64,000 nucleotides of DNA from Anolis carolinensis (GCF_035594765.1 NC_085842.1:260881749-260945748), one strand, 5' to 3'; counted from the first letter of the stretch, positions 38,175 through 51,300 are shown. Notes: a model not told the origin generated them from the sequence alone. Made by a program: numbers and translations.

Positions 38175-38561
38175 TATAACTTCAGTGTTCTAATAGAATT
38201 CATGAGGTTTTCACCAAAGGAGACACACTAATGTGTGAAAGTATTCATTTAATGCTAGTTGTAATTCACCTTAGGTTTAAAGTGTCTTAAATATTAAAGT
38301 TTAGAACCACCAACAAGCAAGTTTATCTTTTTAACAACATACAAGTAACTTCCCATCCTGCCCTAGGAGGCAGTTAGCTCCTCCTCCAAATGCAGTGGTG
38401 GCTGGGTCATCTTATGTCATTAGGAATACTGAATCCATTCCAGATTCACTATCCCCTAAATAGGAGCCAACATAACATCACAATATTACAATATCCCCTG
38501 ATGAAAACAGTAAAATACAGCGATTTCTGCAGGTAAAAACAGTATTCAATCTCAGACTAGT

Positions 38562-38649
38562 AAAGGTAGTTTTGGGGAAAGATTGGATTTAAGACATACA
38601 TGACTACAGCAGTTACATTTTTAGCCAATCTTTCCCCAAAACTACCTTT
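38562..38649. repeat. Perfect 25-bp inverted repeat with 38-bp spacer
   Basis: AAAGGTAGTTTTGGGGAAAGATTGG (38562-38586) / CCAATCTTTCCCCAAAACTACCTTT (38625-38649). Confidence 0.95.
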
Positions 38650-38805
38650 TCCCCTTTGTCCCATTGGAATATCAGTGGATAGACTTTTTAAAAATAAAAC
38701 CTTATTGCATATATTAAATTTGGGTTATAAAGTCAGCAGAAAAGATATCTCCTTGGTTACAATTTCTTAATTTCAGACATTCCTATGTCAGCATATGGAA
38801 AGAGC

Positions 38806-38960
38806 ACATTGGGCCCTTGGTATCTACTAAGTTTTAATTTCAGGATCCCCATGGATACCAAAATCTAAGGATGTTCAAGTCCTATGATATAATGGCATAT
38901 TAAACCAAGGTTTGCATTTTTATTTTCAAACCATTGGTTCTGTCAATATGGATATGGATT
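38806..38960. mobile_element. MER2-like Tigger MITE fragment
   Basis: cccttggtatc..caggatccccatggataccaaaatc..ggatgttcaagtcc..atataatggc resembles the recalled MER2 5' part. Confidence 0.6.
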
Positions 38961-38964
38961 CTAT

Positions 38965-39600
38965 ATGTAGCTGGACACTCTCTTGATCTTGTCTTTATTG
39001 TGGACAGGGATGGAATTGTTGGGTTGGAGGAACTCTCAAGTGTTCTGTCATGGACTGACCATCACCTGATTAGGTTTAAACTAACCACAACCTCAAACCT
39101 CCGCAGGGATGGAGGACCTATTAAGATGGTCTGCCCTAGGAGACTTATGGATCCAGATGGATTTCTGATGTCTCTTGGGGAGATTCCTGTCAAAGTGGCA
39201 GATGATCATGTTGAAGTTCTAGTTGACCTCTGAAACACAAAGGTGGCCAGAGCAGTAGACACGATCACCCTCGAGCCTCTTCTCTTGGATCCTTGGTTTA
39301 CCAGGGAGCTAGAGGTGATGAAGCGTGCGAGGCGGGGACTAGAGTGCCACTTGTAAAAGATTCGGTACGATTCCAGCTGAACACGGGCTAGAGCCTCACT
39401 TAAGGCCTACTCAATGGTAATAGGGGCAGCCAGGAAGGCTTTCTCAACTACCTGTATTGCGTCTGTAACTAATAGTCCAGCTGAGTTGTTCCAAGTGGTT
39501 AAGGGACTCCTCCACCCTGGTTCCCAGGGGAGGTTCCTGATCACTCGCCGACTTGATGTGGCAAGTTTGTCCATCATTTTGCAGACAAAGTCACTCGGAT
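38965..39600 (+). mobile_element. L2 LINE ORF2 fragment (end of endonuclease and linker)
   Basis: AGHSLDLVF..LSWTDHHLIRFKL..GGPIKMVCPRRLMDPDGFL; IASVTNSPAELFQVVKGLL. Confidence 0.88.
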
Positions 39601-41685
39601 ATGATTTTTGTAACCTTTGTATTCATAATTATGAACGCTTTATTGGATAACTGTAGATCCTATGTGAATGAGATTCACAAAGTAATTTGTTTTTTAATCT
39701 TCTTTAACAGATTTTTAAATAAGCTGGTGTTATTTGCTAGTTTTAAGCTATTATGCAACTTTGTAATGGTGGTGGGGGATTTCAGAACCTTTGATGGATT
39801 GAGTTTCATGACATCTGAATCTGGTTTACCAAACTGCTCAGAGTGCAGGCCTGTCTTGCCACATTCTGTATCTTGATTGTGTGAGTCTTCCAGTTTCATG
39901 GTTTTTCATACACACACATATACCCAGAAAAACACATATTCATGCTAAAATTTGAAGGCAGGTATTTCTATTTTAAATCGAACCAGCCAAAGATATTACA
40001 CAAAAGCTTAGTCTGCCAAAGAAGTCATCCTTGATAAAGTGTTTTTTTCCTCTCATATTTCATTATCTGGGAAACTCTAACCAAAATCTAACTTCTCTCA
40101 AAGCACCTCAATTACCATAACAAGTAGTGAGGGAACTGCTACTTACACAATATGTTCTATTATGCTTGTGCACACTTGGGGAAAAGTAGAAAGACTTTTA
40201 AAATATTTATAAAGAAAGGGCTTACAGAAAGAAACATAAACCTAATATCAAAGATGAACAACTTCAGCAAGTGAGGGCCAGCCTTCTTCCACAAGATGCT
40301 TCAGAGGCCACATATATTGCCAAAAAAAACCCAGACAATCAACACAATTGTTGTTGTTGTCATCATCATCATCATCCCAAACAGAAAACAAAAAAGCAAA
40401 GAAACATGTGCCCGAAACTCATTTTGGTTTTGAAAAATGGTGGTGGTGTAAAGGGAGGGGGGGGGGGGGGCTTGAAACAAAAACAGTTAGTGGATTGACA
40501 TATTTAAGAGGTGAATCAATGTTTCCAAAGGCATTCTCAGGAAGTTGAGGGTCACAGCCACAAAAGCAGCTTTTGGGGTCATTGCAGCCCCAAACTTTGC
40601 CTCCTGTGGTAGACCACAGGAGAAACATCTTTGCAAACATTTGCCACTTCCTGTAGAGACATTTCCCATGATTTATTTACAGACTGAAACAGAATGATTA
40701 GTTTTGTGGCCTAAACAGCAACCACAAAGCCACTGCTGAATTATTCTGAGATGATACTATATGTTCTAGTCTCTGAATTCTCTGCCAAGGGAGGCAGGCT
40801 AACTCTTGTTCTGCTTCCCATTTATCAACATACAAGCACAGGTTTTTTTCCTGGTGGCTTTTTGGGCATCTAAGATGACATATTTCTGGAGAAAATTTTA
40901 ATCTGATGGGGATTTAATTTTTTCCCTCTTCGATAGCTGTTCCCTGAAGTGTTTTGTAAGCTTTAGGGTTTTCATCCTGCTGTGTTCTTTGTATGTTATT
41001 ACTAGACATATTGGCCACTTTTTTGTGGGGAATGTAGGACAAAAATGACCATTCTGCTGGAGAATTAAAGAAAAGAAGAATGATTCCACTCAGAGCTAGT
41101 TTGGTGATCTGCATAAACCCCCAGAAATATATGCAAAAGTGCTCATCAACTGAAAGAACATTTGACTTTATGAATGAACAGTCAGTATTACAGATGCCAA
41201 TTTTTCTGCACTCGTCTTACTCAAATATTAGTGACAAAGTCATTCAGTGCAGATGAAATGGAAAATAATGGCAATCTTAAGTGTCCAGGTAATTGTGCAG
41301 CTGCTTGAGGAAGCAATGTATTCGAGTTGTTAAATTATTTCACATCCTGATTAATAAAATAATCACCCCATGAGCAGCAGCACTGGCGTGAACTGTCAGG
41401 ACCATTAATATATTCTTCTCCGATCACCATGTCAAGCTCTCTTATTGGCAAGGTCGCAAAGAGGCAGGAGGGGCATTGCAGAGTTCTTTGATATGCTTAT
41501 TTTTGTTGTAGAATTTAACATGCTGGTGGTATCATTGTTTTTGAAGGGAACTGGTAACATCAGACTCAAAAGAGAAGGATTTCCTTTGTTAAGCACATCT
41601 AAACTCTGGTTTTGCCTTGCCAGATTCAAAGCTATGTGGTTTTCAGGAATGTTTTGTAGGTCAGATGACCTCATAACACATCTTA

Positions 41686-42011
41686 TGACCTCATAACACA
41701 GTCACCCAAAGTGTCTCATGTTGCTCCTCTTCACCACAGGGCATGGGGAAGCCACTGGCCCATATTGCTGGGCTCCTCTGGTAGCTGATCCCATGGGGAG
41801 AAGTGTGGTGTGTGCGTGAAGCATGCTGCTTCCCCCATGAAAGTCAATGGACACACGGAAAGCCTCCTGTGTTGCAGCAGTGTCATGCCAGTTCTTCCCC
41901 CCTTCACCCATGGAGCCAGCACAACGTTGTCTGATGGGAGTTGGCAGGCTTCATGGGTGATCAGGGCCAGATCAACATTTGCTGTCAATTTTAACCCCAT
42001 ATGATGAGATT
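41686..42011 (+). mobile_element. Family B TIR element, copy 3
   Basis: Ends tgacctcataacac / atgatgagatt; core acacacggaaagcctcctgtgttgc; tggggaagcca and gatgggagttggcaggct shared with copy 1. Confidence 0.65.
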
Positions 42012-42394
42012 GCTAGTGGACTTGGAAATGCCTTTCAGCTATAGTTTCCAACTGCAAAAGAGATACTCCAATGAACCATCTTCTGGAATAGTTGTGAATT
42101 AGGAATGGAATGTTTGATTTTCCCACTTCCCAGAAGTGGTCAAAAAGGAGACACCAGTATTTCTTTCAAGAGTGTTGAAATATTCATGATCCCTTCTCCC
42201 TACCAAAGGATAGAAAATTCACCACAGATTTTCTAGACACTCAAGAAATTTTCTTCAGAAAACCATAATGTATTGAAGAACAACTGTCCAATGGTAAGTC
42301 TACCTCTCACCATGGTTGTTTCATTTTGCACAATCTTTTGAAAAAGAGAGACAAACAGCACAGGAAGGATGGATTAGATACCAGGAATATATGA

Positions 42395-42540
42395 GGTGAC
42401 CAAGGTTCAAATTCCCTTTCAGTAATGGAAACCCATTGGGTATCCTTGAGCTAGTTACAATCTTCCAGCCTCAGAGAAAAGCCAACGGTAAAGCTCATCT
42501 GAACATACCTTGCTAAAAAATTCCTGTGATAGGATTTCAA
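42395..42540 (+). mobile_element. Decayed tRNA-derived SINE fragment
   Basis: B-box-like ggttcaaattccc, then atggaaacccattggg..ccttg..cagcctcagag body resembling Anolis SINEs. Confidence 0.55.
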
Positions 42541-43594
42541 ATTCACACAATTTACTGCTGCTGCTGTTGTTATTTTTGTTGTTGTGTGTCTTGAAGTCAG
42601 GAATTTACATACAACAACATATGTAAATACTTCAGAAATGAAAAGCAATCAACAGGCAATTTAATGTGAGACCCTCTTTCTCAGATAAAACCAGAACATA
42701 ACTATTCCTAGCACTTCTATAACATCTCTTTGATAAATTGTTTGATGTGTCTACAAATCAAACAATTATTATTACATCAGCCAAGGTTCTGTTTCCTTAT
42801 TCAGCATTTAAAGAACTGAATATTAAAAATGATAAATGACATCTATCATGTCAAACAAATGATATAACAAGTCTGATCTTGTGCATCCTTATTTTTCATT
42901 TGCAAAATATTTGTTGGAGGAAACCTATTTTGCCGTATATAAAGATTTGCAGTTTTTATTGCATCATTTCTGCTCTGTATTATTTGTAATATCTGGCTTT
43001 GGTTGTGTTTCATGCATACACACATCTTAATTAATAAATCATTACACCTTGGTTCTCTACTTGGAAGATTGACAACAAAATGTATTTTTCATTTGTAATT
43101 TAGTCTTGGGAATAGTCACCTTGTCAATGCCTTGATTGCTTTTCTCATTCTTTGGGGACAAATTTGGAAGCTCTGTAGAATTTTTCTGAACTGGGCAGGT
43201 ACAGCTAGTCATTGGATTTGTGTGTGTGTGTGTTGTCTCTATAATATTGTTATTTGAATTCAAGACAACATTTTAGTTGATGTGTGCCTGGAGTGGAAAA
43301 AAAAACAATTACAGTAAAATTGTCTGATGTTCATTTCTATCTGGTTTGGCAATAATTGCATGCTAACATATTTTAAATAAAATGACAACTACCATTGTTT
43401 CCCTTTTTGCTAAAATTAGAATAAAATGCTAAAATTAGAATGAAAATAATGTAAAGCTTGACAGTGCTGATGAAAACCACCGTGCTTTTAGTTGACAAAT
43501 GCAGGTGCTAAACCCATTAACATTTCTCATCCAATTTGAAACATTGTAAAGCTTTAATTTATGAAAGATAACATAAAACCTGGTGAGGATAACT

Positions 43595-43930
43595 AAAAAG
43601 GTAAAGGTAAAGGTTTCCTCTGACATTAAGTCCAGTCATGTCTGACTCTGGGGGTTGGTGCTCATCTCCATTTCTAAGCCAAAGAGCCGCCGTTGTCTGT
43701 AGACACCTCCAAGGTCATGTGGCCGGCATGACTGCATGGAGGACCGTTACCTTCCCACCAGAGCGGTACCTATTGATCTACTCACATTTGCATGTTTTGG
43801 AACTGCTAGGTTGGCAGAAGCTGGAGCTAACAGCGGCTGCTCACGCTGCTCCCGGGGTTTGAACCTGGGACCTTTCGGTCTGCAAGTTCAGCAGCTCAGT
43901 GCTTTAACACACTTCGCCACCGGGGTTCCT
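43595..43930 (-). mobile_element. Full-length Sauria SINE
   Basis: (ACCTTT)n tail, tRNA-like head, 14-bp TSD TGGTGAGGATAACT (43581-43594 and 43931-43944). Confidence 0.95.
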
Positions 43931-45206
43931 TGGTGAGGATAACTGCTGTACTAAAATTCAACACTACATGAAAGATCAAAGAGATCATGGGTTTGCAATT
44001 AAAAATATAATTATACATTTTGATAAGTTTTAATGACTCTGTCACATTGCTTCCCAATTAGAATTCAAACCCATTTGTATCCAATAGTTTTTGTTTAGAA
44101 ATGCTTTATCAAATACTAAAGCTAGTTTGCTTCTGGTCCAACAAGTATTGACAGTTTGTCAGTTTGGCATCATTTCCGGGGGTATTTTATGTGAAAGTTT
44201 GTACTTTATAGAAGAGTTATATATAATCATTTCACATTATCAGAAGCCCACATCTGATGGCCTCTGTCTGGTGATCTAGAAGATTTTTACAAATTTTCCT
44301 ATCTTCAATGAGACAGGATGCCTTCATATTAAGGAGGCAATTCTTCACTAATTTCATTTCTGAAGGAGACACTGAGTAATATTAGCAATTTCTTTCTGCT
44401 GTGCAAAAGTACAGTTTTGAAGGACTATTTGCAAGTCTATAATATGCAAAAATCGTGTAATGTTTGTATGTATATATGTGTAAAGAAAACAGCCTTTTTC
44501 TGCTCGGAATATTTTTTTTCACAAAAATTGGTTTCTGAAATGCCTCTCTGCACAGAACCTTTCTTGTTATTCTCCTTGAATATTCTTTCAATTCTAACTT
44601 GAAACATTGTGATATACTACCAAAAAATTGTTCTATCTGATTTGTCATTGATCCACTCCTTTGGATTTCATACAAATCTACCATTTGCCAAAATATACGA
44701 TCCTGTGCTCTTCTTTTCCATTTCTGGTTGAATAACTTAACCATTGGTTCGAGGTCTGGTGAAGGGCCGCTTGATATACAGTTCATTAGTCACTATGTCA
44801 ATCAGTTGTCTTTTGCTCGTGTTATATGCCCTGCCCATCTTCTATTTTGCCTCATAGATCCCATTTACCACATCGCATAACCCAGTTCTTTGACGCATCT
44901 CTTTGCTGCTGACTTTATCTCTTATTGTCATGCCACACATCCTTCTTTCCATTGCTTTCTGAGTCACTGCCAGTTTTTCCTCCTCTAACTTTGTTGTTGC
45001 CCATGTTTCAGAACTCTAGTGTTGAAAATATCTGCTCTGACCTTTATTGGCAGCTTAGCATCTGTTAGCAGTGTCCGGTTTCGATTAAAAGCTGCCCAAG
45101 CCACTTTCCGTCTTCTTGTCCATTCTCCATTTACCAATTCATTCAACAATACATTTTGTCCAAGATATACATATTCAGTCAATTCCTCCATTTCATCTCC
45201 ATTTAT

Positions 45207-45500
45207 GGGAGCCCCCAGTGGCACAGTGGATTGTGAATTGAAGGTTGGATTGCCTTGTGAATTGAAGGTTGGATTGCTGACCTGAATGCTGTCAGGTTTG
45301 AATTCAACTTGGGGAGAGTGCAGATGAGCTCACTCTATATGCTCCAGCTCCATGCGGGGACATGAGAGAAACCTCCCACATGGATGATAAAAACATCAAA
45401 ACATCTGGGCGTCCCTGGGCAACGTCCTTGCAGATGGCCAATTCTCTCACACCAGAAGCAACTTGCAGTTTCTCAAGCCACTCCTGACATGAAAAAAAAT
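45207..45500 (+). mobile_element. SINE with Sauria-like tRNA head and a distinct (possibly Vingi-type) tail, nested in the RTE
   Basis: 12-bp TSD ATCTCCATTTAT (45195-45206 and 45501-45512), A-tail; relative at 58090. Confidence 0.88.
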
Positions 45501-45603
45501 ATCTCCATTTATAACGATGAGGCCCTGGACACATGGCTCTTTTTTCATGCATTTTGTTTTCTTCAAGTTAATTTCCATCCTACTGATTTTGAGATTTGAG
45601 CTA

Positions 45604-46154
45604 CCATGTTTCCCCAAAAATAAGACACTGTTTTATATTTAATTTCCCCCAAGAAGACACACTATGGCTTATTTTCAAGGATGTCTTATTTATATTAAGT
45701 ATGGTACAACAATCGGCATTTATGGGATGATCTCTCTGGGTTCAGCAGCAGGCAGCTTGATGAAGCTTTTCACCTATCCCCTGGTGTTTGTGTGGGGTGA
45801 GAGAGACCCACAGACTATTGCTGGTTGGTGTTGGGAGAGAGACCCACAGTGGGGAGTAAAACAGCAGCCACAGCTTTACTTCTTCCCCCTGAGGACACAC
45901 AATACCTAAAGCAGAGCATCCTGCTCCTTACTTCACTGAGGAGACTTTTACTTTCACTTTCTATGTCTCCCTCTATGCTTTAGCTTGCCGTACACACAAA
46001 ATGACCAGGATCTGATGGGGGAGCTGACTTTGTATGCTGCATAGCCACGCCTACAACTATGTCTTATTTTCAGGGTATGGCTTATATTGCACAAATTTTT
46101 AGAAATCCTGCTATGGCTTATTTTATGATTATGTTTTATTTTGGGGAAAACAGG
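45604..46154. mobile_element. Tc2/pogo-like MITE nested in the RTE
   Basis: TA + CCATGTTTCCCCAAAAATAAGAC / TTTTATTTTGGGGAAAACAGG; subterminal cttatttt repeats; the RTE reading frame resumes on both sides. Confidence 0.8.
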
Positions 46155-47049
46155 TTCGTTGTTGGAGAGTATGTTGAAAATCTTCCAAATACATGGCAAA
46201 AAAAGATGTAATTGTCTGTGAAGAGGAGATCAGAAAGGGTGGAGTAGTCACATCTGAAGCCTACTTGTTCCCTGTTGATTTCCATATCTTGAGATAGTCT
46301 TTGTAGCAGGATCCTTGTGAACAGTTTATATAGTTGAGAGAGGAGTGTAATAAGATGATTGTTGCTAAGGTCTAGTGTCTCCTTTCTTCATTAGAAGTAT
46401 GGTTTCAGATATTAGTAGCAGTAAAAACAAAATTAAAATGAAGCATTTTGTTTTAAATATGTTGCTTTTGTGTGAAAAAAGACTATATTTGTGCAAAATA
46501 CAATGCCTTCTTTTAAAATACATTGCCTTAGCACATTTTTAAGCATAAAATCTCTTTGTGTTTTAGTGAAAAAATGTTGTAAAAATACAATTTAGAGAAT
46601 GCAAAGAAAAAACTCTACATGGTGACAGAATTAGATATATCCTTAAAATTTACATTTCTATAATAATGGAGTAAGAAGTTATGTACATATGGAAAAAGTG
46701 TAAAAAAAAGCAGTACAAAAGAGATAAGAAATGAAATGCAACAAGAATTCTAGCATGGGTACCATTTTGTCTTTTCACTGAATAACTAGAGAAATCCCTA
46801 TAATTCAGTTATAAAATGTCATTGTCTTTATATAAATATTGTTATTTATAAAGAACTCTTGTTTTAACATACTTTGCATCTCAATTTATTAGTTGTTCTG
46901 GTCGATTAACATTTATAACATTTATGACTTGTATTTTATGTTTTGCCAAATGGTCTGTTGACTGTAATAAAAGCTGTTGTTTTTGTTGTTGTATTTATGA
47001 CTTGAAATGTGTCTAAACCCACAAATGGCATTGGAATCATATATTAAGG

Positions 47050-47724
47050 CATGAATCGGTAACCTCAAGGTTAGAATTCTGCAATGTGCTATACATAGGG
47101 CCACCTCTGTATCAAGTTTGGAAACTTCAATTAGTTCAAAGCACAGCAGCCAAACTTGTTACATGAAAATCTGTGAGTGAGCATATTACACCCATATTAA
47201 AGTCACTCCACTTGTTGCCAATTAGTTTATAGGGAAAGTACAAAGTATTGGTTTTGACCTTCAAAGCCGCACATGGTTTGCGTCTAGGTCAGGGGTCTCC
47301 AAACTAAGGCCCGGGGGCCGGATGCGGCCCTCCAGAGTAATTTTCCTGGCCCCCGCCCTCAGTTTTATAATATAATATATTGTATATACATATAATATTG
47401 ATATTAATATTATAATGTAATACAATATAACACTAATAATAATACCATATAATAATATTAATTATATATTCTATATTACATATAATATTACTAAAATTAC
47501 AGTATAGTGGTATAGTTCAATATAGTAATATATAATGCTAATATTGTGCTATGCTAATAATATAATATAATGTATGTACATATAATTTGTAAGCCACTCT
47601 GAGTCCCCTTTGGGGTGAAAAGGGTGTGATACAAATGTAGTAAATAAATGCAGTAAATAAATACATAATAATAAATAAATTTTAGACTTAGGCTCGCCCA
47701 AAGCCTGAAATGACTTGAAGGCAC

Positions 47725-47759
<35 letters not shown>

Positions 47760-48330
47760 CCTAATTAACTTGACTATCTCATTGGCCAGAAGCAGGACCA
47801 CACTTCCCATTGAAATCCTGATAAATGTATGTTGGTTAAAATTGTTTTTATTTTTAAATATTGTATTGTTCTTTAATTGTTCTTTTATTGTTCTTGTTGT
47901 TACTGTTGTTGTTGTTTTTGCACTACAAATAAGACATGTGCAGTGTGCATCGGAATTTGTTTGTATTTTTTTTTCTAATGATAATCCGGCCCCTCAACAG
48001 TCTGAAGGATTGTGGACTGGCCCTCGGCTTAAAAAGTTTGAGGACCCCTGGTCTAGGTTACCTACAGGATCATTTTCTCCAGTACAATCCACCCTGGACA
48101 CTTTTTACATTTACTCCAGCCAGCCAGAACTCCACTGGCAACCATTACCCAGAGGATCTTTTCATCAGTCACCCCTAAACTGTGGAATGACCTGTCAGAA
48201 GAAATTCATCAGCTAAATCAGTTGTCAGAATTTAAGTGACAACTAGACCTATCTCTTCCAACAGGCATTCCCAATCCATTTTAACTAAGAATTATAGATT
48301 GTTTTGTGTATTTTAACACGTGTATTTTAC
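47050..48330 (+). mobile_element. L2 LINE ORF2 C-terminus interrupted by a hAT element
   Basis: VTSRLEFCNVLYIG..KLQLVQ..HITPILKSLH..KVLVLTFKA.HGL|GYLQDH..PKLWNDLSEEI..YLFQQAF. Confidence 0.88.
47290..48050. mobile_element. Non-autonomous hAT (Charlie-like) element with internal retroelement tails
   Basis: TIRs CAGGGGTCTCCAAACT / AGTTTGAGGACCCCTG; perfect 8-bp TSD GTCTAGGT (47282-47289 and 48051-48058). Confidence 0.93.
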
Positions 48331-51300
48331 AGAATCTTTAAATCTAGGAACCAATGAAATTAAGCCACTGTACTTGGATTTCAATTCAATTCTATGTACA
48401 TTATGGAAAATGCTGAAATGCTTTCTGGACTATAGCTGCAACTGAGGTGGTGATGATTTCTTTCTTAGATATCATGGCCAGGATATTAAAGTGGATCTGT
48501 CTAAATGAAATTCCCCCGATACAGCAGAAGATTGCTTAAACTTTCTAATTTGTGACCTATGATTGTTCTCAGTTAAATGTGATATTAGGGTCAAGGTCTA
48601 ACATGAAGTCACATGGCAGGCCACAAATTCATTACATTACTTCATTTTAATTCCTGTGGTAAGGCAGCTGAGAACATGTTCTTTTACCTTTGACCTCAAG
48701 TTGCAAAGGAAATCAATCTTCTTTTAGTTGGCATGATTATGAAAAGCCCTAGAGAATCAGTGGCTAGGCAATAAAAGCTTTTAGTATTGGAACATATTTG
48801 TATACACACACTTAACATGGATGCCATATGCCACTGTTACCAGTAAGAATAATATCATAAATGGATCTTGGCATTTATAATTTGTTTATACAAGGTCATC
48901 CATGTACATGGTGCTTTACAAAGTAATAACAAACAGATCCTTGCCCATAGGAGACTACACTGTAAAATTTGACACTGGGCTGGCAATGTATATAATTATG
49001 TATCTGTTCTTTTCTGTCCTTACATTTCTATTTTAGTATTAGATGGTTCTAAAATAAAACATATGATATGCACAGTATGCTTTCTCAGTGCAATATAATT
49101 ATTTATAAGTACTAATCCAGAAGTTTTATCTGAAAATGTATTTTTAGTTGAATGCTTACTCATCATATGAGGCAAGTTTTGTGGCACATATTCATTCAAG
49201 TTATGCTGCATGATGAGGAAAATGATATAAAAGGTTGCAACCTCCCTGTTTGCTGTAGCAGCTCAGCCGAAAGAAATGTTATATAGTTGGTCATAGCTTT
49301 TTCATTAGCAGTGTCACCTGCCTGTCAATCTTCATATTTACCAAGAGGAAAAACCATCAACCACCCTGCTGTGTGCTGAATGCAATAGCATTGTAATGTC
49401 AGAGCACCATGAGATGGGTAATGGTTTATGATAGAAATAAATCATTTATAAGAGGAAACCTGGGAGAATTGCAAGCTTTTGTAAGGGATATATCCCAGTA
49501 TAGTTATTACTGACAGTTTTCTCAAATGCACCAGTTTGATAAGGCAAGGGTTTATTGCATATAATCATGTACTGAGGCAGAGAGAAGGTCTGAATTTCCC
49601 CATAAGCTTAGGGGATGTGGGAAAAGAGAAGGATCCTACTTCATTCATTAAAAGATGGTTCATTTGGTCTCCTGTATTTTGCTAGGATGGTTTCTTTTTA
49701 GCAAGCCAAAGCAGATAACATTGACCACTCACAGCATTAATGTATTAGTGAAGTCTAAGATGAGATGCTTGCTTTTGTAAGAAGATGTCATTTGAAATGC
49801 AAAATATCTCTGTATCTAATTGTGTGTCTTTAGAGCATGAATAAGTGAACAATGCAACACTATGCAGTACATTGCCACAGGCACTGTAAATAGACTACAT
49901 AATCACTAAACTAAAAAGGGCTTCATTGTTTTCAGACTATGTATAAACAAAATAATGACTTCCTGAATATACATATTTTTAAAAAACTGAGAGAAATATG
50001 GGCCACATAGAGAAAATTCTCATGGCTAATCTTGCAGTGATAGATGCAATATTCTGCAATATTCTGCATCCTGGTTGTCATTATAAAGACAGGAATGTGC
50101 CACTAGCACAAAGAACTTATGTCATATGATCTTAAAGATTTCATCTTATTATCCTTTCACCTTAAAATTGTTCTTCTTGAGATAAAAACAACTTGATACA
50201 CAGGAATCCTATGATGGTATTGTTCCTGCCTAGGAATATAGATCTGGAGCAGAGTGCATGACTCTCAGCTGCTCCCTATGTGAACCCTAAGGCGGGATGA
50301 AAGATGTAGTTCTTCAGTAATTTTCTTCATAAAGTAATTTTTGCAATTTTCTTCCACTTGAAAGTCCTAAAGAACTGCACCATTTCTGAAGATGATTCAC
50401 AATTTGGAACTTGTTCCATGAAAAATCGTATGCATTATTTTACTTTTCCTGCACACAAGATGTTGAGACCTTATTCTGTGCAAAATTCAAACACGGCTTT
50501 TGGGCAGAAACCAGCATTTCCTGCATAGGTAGAAGCAGTTTATTCAGAGAAAAGGCAGTTTCAGTGTTACATGGCCATGCACATATTTTTGCATAAAATA
50601 ACTCAGAAACTGCAATTATTCTCATCTGTCTAGAATTCTTCTCATCAGAGTTTCTTGGTAATCAAGAAAAACTTATTTCAACTATTTTTAAGCATTTGAT
50701 ACAATATTCTTTCTCATATGATATGATATTTTAAACTTTGTAGATTAGGTGATTACAGCTTCTCAAGTCACTTCTAACACAAAAAAATGTTGATTTATGT
50801 GTTTATTTTTACAATCTAAATTCATTGGGTATCCTATGGGAATTCGCATAAAACTTTTCCTTCCTAAAGTCTTCATTTGAATTTTCTTATGATTTCAAAA
50901 GTGTAGGAAGTGCTAATATGAAATACAGAAGTGTATTGATACGTTTTACAGCCAATTTAAATTTTGCCAAGTATCACCCTCCAGAACATGTTGACATACA
51001 AAAGCTGAACATCAAAGTTAACAGATGAAAGACAGATTAGTTTCTCAAAGAGCTGTGTAATTACTGAAATGATGCCAATACTTAACCAAATTGTTTGAAG
51101 CCCTGGGGTTGTAACCTGGTCAGTTCTGTTTTTAGTCCCAAGACACTACACATTTTAATAGTTTTCATCCTTAAAGGAAATGTAGCAATCCTATTAGCCT
51201 CTGAGGAAGTTCCAAAATGGCAGATCTACTTACTAATGTATCCACATAAGCCCTAAGGCCTGAATCCTATTATTAGTTTCAACTAAACTAGATCTCCTGA

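Larger units (their letters stand above)
44630..46415 (-). mobile_element. Decayed RTE-clade LINE (non-BovB) with an internal deletion and two nested insertions
   Basis: Stitched translation ILLMKKGD..LLSQLYKLFTRILLQRL..REQVGFR..YST / LLFTDN / GMEINLKKTKCM / YVYLGQ..RRRKVAWAAF..VTQKAMERRM..WAGHITR..WKRRAQDR. Confidence 0.85.

Noticed and set aside
43850-43930. tRNA gene (also the heads of the SINEs at 45207 and 58090)
   Set aside because: These are tRNA-like SINE heads followed by SINE bodies and flanked by TSDs.
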